From Nitrospirota bacterium (GTDB lineage: Bacteria; Nitrospirota; UBA9217), in the NCBI GenBank assembly GCA_963790205.1, contig CAWBNQ010000003.1, positions 64,001 to 128,000 on the forward strand: a stretch of DNA of 64,000 bases, read 5' to 3'. Shown here one piece after another: positions 58,337 to 64,000 of the stretch; the stretch's first letter is position 1, and each line of letters starts with the position of its first letter. The notes beneath the pieces are model-generated. The model saw only the letters and a list, made by a program, of their open reading frames with translations. It was not told the DNA's origin and did not search any database. The position numbers and the translations under genes are program-made.

Positions 58337-61300
58337 ATGCCAAATAGAAATTGGGGCCTCATCACCTCCGGCGCTACTTTTGAGGCACTTGCAACGACCC
58401 TCATCTTCTTCGAGGATCCGAAAGCAGCACTTTTCGGCCGTCGAGGTAAAGATGGCGGACAGGATGCGCGCTCAGGCGATGGATTACGAGTATTTCAAGC
58501 TAAGCACCATGAAGATGGCTCAGCTACTAAGGCAATTGCAGACGCGAAGAGTGAAGCTGCCAAGATCGCAGAATATCGAAAACCAGGACACTTTCGATAT
58601 CTCCAGTGGAAGGGAGTAACACACTGGCGCCTTGTTACCAATGCAGTATTCAATCCCACGGATAGGCAGAGGTGGGATGTCGAGGTTGTTCCTCTCTTCA
58701 TGGCTCAAGGCTTGAACCCCGACTATTGGGAGCGGGCAAACTTAGATGGACTTCTTGACAAGCACCCTGAAGTAGATCGGTACTTCTTCCAGAATGAAAC
58801 GCGTGTTCTTCTTTCTCTTCCAGAGATTCGCGAGCGCTTGCCACAGGAAGACCCTTTTCTAAGGCGTGAAACTCTCACAACATTCCGCGGCCGAGAGGCC
58901 GAAGCAAAGTATGTTCGTTCTTTCCTGTCATCGGATGCCCTGTTCCTGGTTGTTCACGGTGAAGGGGGTATCGGAAAAACACGTCTGCTTGTTGAGGCTG
59001 GAGATGAAATCGCATCCGAGGGAGAGTGGCAAGTCTTTTGGGCGAACGTTGCAAGTATGTCATCCTCATCCACCTGGTTCGACTCCATCGTCCCCGAACG
59101 CACTACCCTATTACTCGTTGATGAACCTGATGATCCGCAGTTGCTTCGCGTCTTATCGGAGCAATTAGGCTCCCGGTTCGGTCGTACGGCAAAATGGAAG
59201 GTTGCGGTTTCTGTCCGCTCACCCAAAAATCCAGTCCTGCGATATTTATTCTCTCCGAGGGTGAAGGAGCGCGTTCAGGAGCTGCCGATAGGTGAACTGT
59301 CAGATGGGGCAGCAGAAGAAATGTGTTTCGACCTTCTTAGCTCCGGCCCTCTCAACAGCAGTCCCAGTGATTGGCGCAAGGATGCTGCTCACAAACTTGC
59401 TGCGCGTTTTTCGAATCGCCCGATCTGGCTTACGCTTGCAGTTCATGTTCTCGAGGTGCACGGAGATCTTGCAAAAGTTCCGGACACGGCTGCAGATTTA
59501 GCAGACCAATATGTAACTGAAATTATCAAGCTTCAGCAGGATGCCAACGCAGATCAGGTTCTTATGTTGCTTCAGTATATAGCACTCCTCGGGACTATAA
59601 ATCGAGAAGACAAAGCAACAATTGAACTGCTAAGAGGGGTCTGCAAAATTGAAAACGATACTGCACTTCTGAAATTATTAGCTGATCTAGTTAAACGACG
59701 TGGTCTCACGCAGCGCGGGGCGGTGCAACGGTTAGTTGAACTCAAACCCGACGTCTTACGGGATCACATACTTCTAAGCTGGCTGTCTGTCGATATCGGC
59801 TATGGTGCCGCTCCGATCCAGCCATCTGATGACGCAAAAAACATTGTAATTGGTGTTCGCGATGCTGTTCTAAAGGGGAGCATCAGCGCATTAGGGCGGA
59901 CTATTCTCACGTCATTGGCGCGAACAGAGTTTCTCCTTAGATTGTCTGGAAAGACTGTTCCTCTGCTGGATCCTTTGTTTGCCGGTATCCTTGCTGGTCT
60001 TGCAGGAACGACCGCGAGCCAACGGCTTGTGATTGCGGAAGTCCTTCAAGATTTCGCCGCGTATCGCCCTGCCGATACTGTCGAAATTAGCCGTGCTCTT
60101 CGATCTTCAACTGTAACCAGTGAAAAGACTGAAAGTTATTTTGGTAGACGCGAGATAGGCCAGGATGACATCGTTATGGCGCTGGCATGGCCTATATTTC
60201 ATGCTGCGATGGGCGCTCAGTCTCAGAGCGAGTGTGAAGTTGTACTGAAAGAACTTTGTTCTCTTGCTGAATTGGAGTCAGAAGTCGGATCGCATCGCAA
60301 AGGTGGCCTGCCTAACGATGGAAAACGAGCTGGTCAGTTAATAGGTCGTACAATAGGTGGTGGCCCACATTTTTCAGCTGATTTTACTGATGCCGCTAGC
60401 ACACTTTCGTTTCAGCTGCTTGAAGATGTCGCTGCCGTACCCGCAACACCCGCTAAAGGATCAGTTATCAAAGAATTGTTGGAGCCTACACTTTCGATTG
60501 AACGACAGCAAACCTGGAGTGAAGGCTACACAGTTCATATCAGCAGGATCATCATTCATCCAAATCATTCGGCTTGGAAGAAGCGAGAAATGGTATTGAA
60601 TCGAGTGAAAGCTATTTTAGCTTCGGAGCAAACACCACCAGCTTCGCGCAGTTTGTTATGGAGCATATTTGCTGAAGCTCACAGAACTGTTAATGTTGGC
60701 ATTAAACAGATCAACTCAGTAGAAATTCAAAAACAATTACGCAAATTATCGCTTGACGATCTTGAGTGGGCCTACCCGGTGCTTGTTCCTCGTAAGGATG
60801 ATCTGGCCGAACTGATGGCAGCGCGCGATTTATGGCACTGGCATTATCGATTTGACAGTGTTGCTGAATTCAAGGAAATAAGCAGCAAGCTAGAGGCTCT
60901 TTACGAGAGTAATAGCCTGTCAGGCGAATTTGAGCCACTCACAAGCCATGATAGATGGGAACAGCAAAGCGCTGCACATGCAGCTAAAGCAACGGCATTG
61001 GCAGCAGATGCTAGTTCATTGAGTATCGAAGATTTTCTATCTCGTGCCATAAATTATTATCGTGGTAATGAAAATGAACTCTACCACCTGTTTGGTGTCG
61101 CGGCAAACCTTGGTGCGCTTGCGGGCACACACAAAACAGTGCGAGATTTTGTACATAAGTTTCTGTCAGATGCGAACCATACTGCACGAACGGATTTTGC
61201 CATTGATGTTGCCGTAAGCTGGATTGCAACAGTGCGACGACAGGATTCTCCTCGTGCAGCTTATGATCTGATTCTCGAATTAATGAGAACATGCGGCAGT

Positions 61301-62359
61301 AATGATCAGAGAATTCGTCTAATACATCGACACTATAATGGGCTCCGTTTAGATTATAGACAAATTGAGGATGCAGAGCATGATCACCTGCGCTCACTCA
61401 GCACATTGTTCTTGGAACACAAGAAGGGGGCTGCATATATACAGGCAATCGGCTGGACATTGAATTACAAGTGGCCCGATCTCCAGGCACTCATCGAGAG
61501 GGTGTTAGACCATGTTGATCATGACCAGCTTGCAGTTTCTGTACGATGTCTTATTGAGACGGCATATTATGCAATTAGGCAAGACACATCACCCCAGCCA
61601 CCTCCAGATGGTCTAGGGCAATGGCTCCTCGATCAAGTACTGCGCTTATCGAAGTTTGATGATCTCGGCTCCAGTATTGATTGGTACATTGAAGATTTGT
61701 TAAATAGGATTGGCAAGGTTCCTGTATCATGGCTTCCGGGAGCACTTGAAAAGCGGCGCGCTATGGAAGCTGCAGATGAATCACGTGTGGTAAGAGCACT
61801 TAGTTATCATCCAAAATTGAGTAGTTTTGTCCGCCCTATTACAGCAGCCGATAAAGATAACCCTGATGCAGCTAGGGCAGTTAAATCCCTTACCAACATG
61901 CTAATTGATAAAACCGTCTTAGGATATTACCTTCCCGAAATACTGCATGATGTTGATCCAGATGGCCTGCTTGTGCCGGACGAGATTGTTTCGCGTGTTG
62001 CAGCGGCAGCAAATCGTGATGAGGTATGGTCTTATGCTAGAGTTGCTGGAACGTACGAGGTTGGAAGCACAAGCTGGCGAACTATAGCGCGGCCAGTCGT
62101 CATCCGTGCAAATAAATCGGAGAAGGCTGAAGAACGACGTGATCTGTTCGTCATTATATTACATAAAGGCATGCGATCGTGGTCCGGCTCACCGGGCCAG
62201 GTTCCGCAATTGTTTATTGATGAAGTAAACACGGCTCGTAACCTTTTAGACTCTGAAACAGAACAATCATTTCGGCCGTTTTGGGAATGGAATTTGGCCA
62301 TTGCAGAATCGGAACTAAAGGCGCAAGAAGAGCAGGCGAAGGAGATGCGTGGCGAATGA
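58337..62359 (+). CDS. Mrr-like nuclease / STAND NTPase / helical-repeat protein (Avs-like defence candidate)
   Basis: N-terminal FE(16)...DGGQD(39-43)...QAK(54-56)...LVTN; FRGRE; Walker A GEGGIGKT (residue 208); Walker B LLLVDE; long helical C-terminus ending SWSGS; AT-richer than core genes. Confidence 0.8.
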   Translation: MPNRNWGLITSGATFEALATTLIFFEDPKAALFGRRGKDGGQDARSGDGLRVFQAKHHEDGSATKAIADAKSEAAKIAEYRKPGHFRYLQWKGVTHWRLVTNAVFNPTDRQRWDVEVVPLFMAQGLNPDYWERANLDGLLDKHPEVDRYFFQNETRVLLSLPEIRERLPQEDPFLRRETLTTFRGREAEAKYVRSFLSSDALFLVVHGEGGIGKTRLLVEAGDEIASEGEWQVFWANVASMSSSSTWFDSIVPERTTLLLVDEPDDPQLLRVLSEQLGSRFGRTAKWKVAVSVRSPKNPVLRYLFSPRVKERVQELPIGELSDGAAEEMCFDLLSSGPLNSSPSDWRKDAAHKLAARFSNRPIWLTLAVHVLEVHGDLAKVPDTAADLADQYVTEIIKLQQDANADQVLMLLQYIALLGTINREDKATIELLRGVCKIENDTALLKLLADLVKRRGLTQRGAVQRLVELKPDVLRDHILLSWLSVDIGYGAAPIQPSDDAKNIVIGVRDAVLKGSISALGRTILTSLARTEFLLRLSGKTVPLLDPLFAGILAGLAGTTASQRLVIAEVLQDFAAYRPADTVEISRALRSSTVTSEKTESYFGRREIGQDDIVMALAWPIFHAAMGAQSQSECEVVLKELCSLAELESEVGSHRKGGLPNDGKRAGQLIGRTIGGGPHFSADFTDAASTLSFQLLEDVAAVPATPAKGSVIKELLEPTLSIERQQTWSEGYTVHISRIIIHPNHSAWKKREMVLNRVKAILASEQTPPASRSLLWSIFAEAHRTVNVGIKQINSVEIQKQLRKLSLDDLEWAYPVLVPRKDDLAELMAARDLWHWHYRFDSVAEFKEISSKLEALYESNSLSGEFEPLTSHDRWEQQSAAHAAKATALAADASSLSIEDFLSRAINYYRGNENELYHLFGVAANLGALAGTHKTVRDFVHKFLSDANHTARTDFAIDVAVSWIATVRRQDSPRAAYDLILELMRTCGSNDQRIRLIHRHYNGLRLDYRQIEDAEHDHLRSLSTLFLEHKKGAAYIQAIGWTLNYKWPDLQALIERVLDHVDHDQLAVSVRCLIETAYYAIRQDTSPQPPPDGLGQWLLDQVLRLSKFDDLGSSIDWYIEDLLNRIGKVPVSWLPGALEKRRAMEAADESRVVRALSYHPKLSSFVRPITAADKDNPDAARAVKSLTNMLIDKTVLGYYLPEILHDVDPDGLLVPDEIVSRVAAAANRDEVWSYARVAGTYEVGSTSWRTIARPVVIRANKSEKAEERRDLFVIILHKGMRSWSGSPGQVPQLFIDEVNTARNLLDSETEQSFRPFWEWNLAIAESELKAQEEQAKEMRGE

Positions 62360-63165
62360 GCAAATCCCTTGAGCAACGACTGCAAGATTCAATACTCGAG
62401 TTTGATGAAATGCACCAGATGTTAAACCGGAAACCGGGGGAGGTACATGCAGATGTCGAAAATGTATTACGAAGTTTTGCCAATTTACGTGACGAAGTAG
62501 CTGGTTTGATTGAGCTTATTGAAATTCGTAAGTCGGCTTTTCGCTTTCTAGATTCTCTTGAAAAGAAAGTGGATGCAAATGATAATATTTCTCTCAATGA
62601 CTTATCTCTAAAATATCACCATGTAAGATTAATCGGTGTGCAAGCTTATATTAGTACCAACTGGGCAATTGCTGACAGGATTACTGGAGTGGTCGGACGC
62701 TTACTATGCACTCCGGAGTCAGGCTCTAATGCATTGAGTCTGGCAAAAATGCCGACATTTGTTAAGCGGGATATTGCGAAGAAAGCGACCGCAGCCATTC
62801 TCGTCCAATCCGTTCGGCAAACCTTCGGGTGGCCGGTCGGGCTTTCATACGCAATTCGCAATCACTTTATTCATGACGGAGCTCAAAGTGGAGGAAAGGA
62901 TTTTTTTGAAGGCACGTCTGCGGTATCAGCTTTTCGGATATCTGATGCCGGTTGGAAGCGGATCGAGGAAAAAGCGACAACTGAATATGGCGTTAGCGAC
63001 TCCTGTCATCGTGCAGGAGCAAGATGGCCCGTTGCACCGAAAGATGATCTTCGAGTAACGTTGCAAGTTTTCGAGCAAGAAATGGATGATGCCCTAGGAG
63101 TTCTTTGGGGTTCCGCATGCCACTCATTACTTGGACATGTAGGTTTTATTCTGGGCGAGGACTAA
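62356..63165 (+). CDS. Hypothetical protein with HEPN-type RxxxxH motif
   Basis: ATGA overlap with the upstream stop and SD AAGGAG; mostly helical-looking; YAI-RNHFIH-DG at 62857-62874. Confidence 0.7.
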   Translation: MSKSLEQRLQDSILEFDEMHQMLNRKPGEVHADVENVLRSFANLRDEVAGLIELIEIRKSAFRFLDSLEKKVDANDNISLNDLSLKYHHVRLIGVQAYISTNWAIADRITGVVGRLLCTPESGSNALSLAKMPTFVKRDIAKKATAAILVQSVRQTFGWPVGLSYAIRNHFIHDGAQSGGKDFFEGTSAVSAFRISDAGWKRIEEKATTEYGVSDSCHRAGARWPVAPKDDLRVTLQVFEQEMDDALGVLWGSACHSLLGHVGFILGED

Positions 63166-63306
63166 CATGGGGTGTCACTTCCAGGTCAGCTTGGGAGACG
63201 TTGATACTCAGACTACAAAACGATTGATGGAACCGTATAGGGTCGCGTCTTGAATGTTGTTGACAGAGCATAGATGTTGTAAGAACCCTGCACGAGTAAT
63301 TATCTT

Positions 63307-63954
63307 ATGCATGACACTCTTTTCACAATCGGTTATTCAAACCGGTCAAGCGATGATTTAATCGCCCTTCTCAAACAACACAAGATAACCGCGCTTTGTG
63401 ACGTTCGATCCGCGCCCTACAGCAGCCGCAATCCGCAGTTCAACCGTGAGATATTCAAACAATCACTAAAACTTCATAATATCGAGTATGTATTCCTTGG
63501 TGAGGAACTCGGCGCACGGCCAAAAGACCCGTCATGCTACGTCTCGGGGAAGGCAATCTATGAAAAGATTGCAGGAACGACTTTATTTAAAAAAGGCCTG
63601 GAGCGCGTCAAGCTCGGACTTAAGAAAGGCTACACCCTTGCTCTAATGTGTGCAGAGAAAGACCCGATGACGTGTCATCGAACGATATTGGTATGCAGGA
63701 ATCTCCGCGGACAAGGCGTTGATATTCAGCATATCATCGATGATCAAACCATAGAGACGCAAACTGATCTTGAGAAGCGTTTAATTGCACAATTAAAACT
63801 TCATCCCGATATGTTCAAGGACACCGAGCCAAATACGCTCATCGAACGCGCATATGACGTGCAGGGCGACCGGATTGCGTACGTGGAGAAGGGCGAACGG
63901 GAACCGGATGAAATAGCGGCGGATACGGTGAGAGAAGAGAATGAACACTATTAA
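63307..63954 (+). CDS. DUF488 family protein
   Basis: LFTIGYSN, DVRSAPYS..PQFN, ELGARP, LMCAEKDP..CHR. Confidence 0.88.
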   Translation: MHDTLFTIGYSNRSSDDLIALLKQHKITALCDVRSAPYSSRNPQFNREIFKQSLKLHNIEYVFLGEELGARPKDPSCYVSGKAIYEKIAGTTLFKKGLERVKLGLKKGYTLALMCAEKDPMTCHRTILVCRNLRGQGVDIQHIIDDQTIETQTDLEKRLIAQLKLHPDMFKDTEPNTLIERAYDVQGDRIAYVEKGEREPDEIAADTVREENEHY

Positions 63955-64000
63955 GATATATACAATCGGATTCACCAAAAAATCAGCAGAGCAATTCTTC
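63941..64000 (+). CDS. Second DUF488 family protein, runs off the window
   Basis: MNTIKIYTIGFTKKSAEQFF, overlapping the previous stop. Confidence 0.78.
   Translation, partial: MNTIKIYTIGFTKKSAEQFF

Overview
Mostly GC-rich bacterial chromosome. The gene order (ispE-spoVG-tRNA-Gln-prs-rplY-pth-ychF) and anaerobic Mo/Se enzymes suggest a Nitrospirota- or Desulfobacterota-like anaerobe; this is inference only. Core content: transaldolase, aroK, a B12 radical-SAM protein, a lipocalin/ABC module, a selenocysteine formate dehydrogenase operon (fdnGHI-fdhE) followed by fmdE-modE-moeA-like genes, csp, trxB, a vapBC pair, the ispE-prs-rplY-pth-ychF block with tRNA-Gln, a PilT ATPase, an MBOAT pair and a two-subunit biotin carboxylase. 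Two AT-richer accessory regions stand out. (1) About 2.2-4.5 kb is a decaying integron-cassette-like tract, with mscL bounded by a convincing attC site and flanked by pseudogenes. (2) From about 57.6 kb to the window end is a probable anti-phage island: a 1340-aa Mrr-like nuclease/STAND NTPase/helical-sensor protein, translationally coupled to a 269-aa protein with a HEPN-type RxxxxH motif, then two DUF488 genes. This nuclease-STAND plus HEPN pair is the best candidate for an undescribed system. Other notable items: an anion permease fused to DUF192, a 139-bp MITE carrying a REP-like palindrome, a structured leader before fdnG, a second ruined fdhE, repeats inserted in frame in coding sequence, and several apparently leaderless genes. 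All family assignments come from motif recognition by eye; no searches were run.
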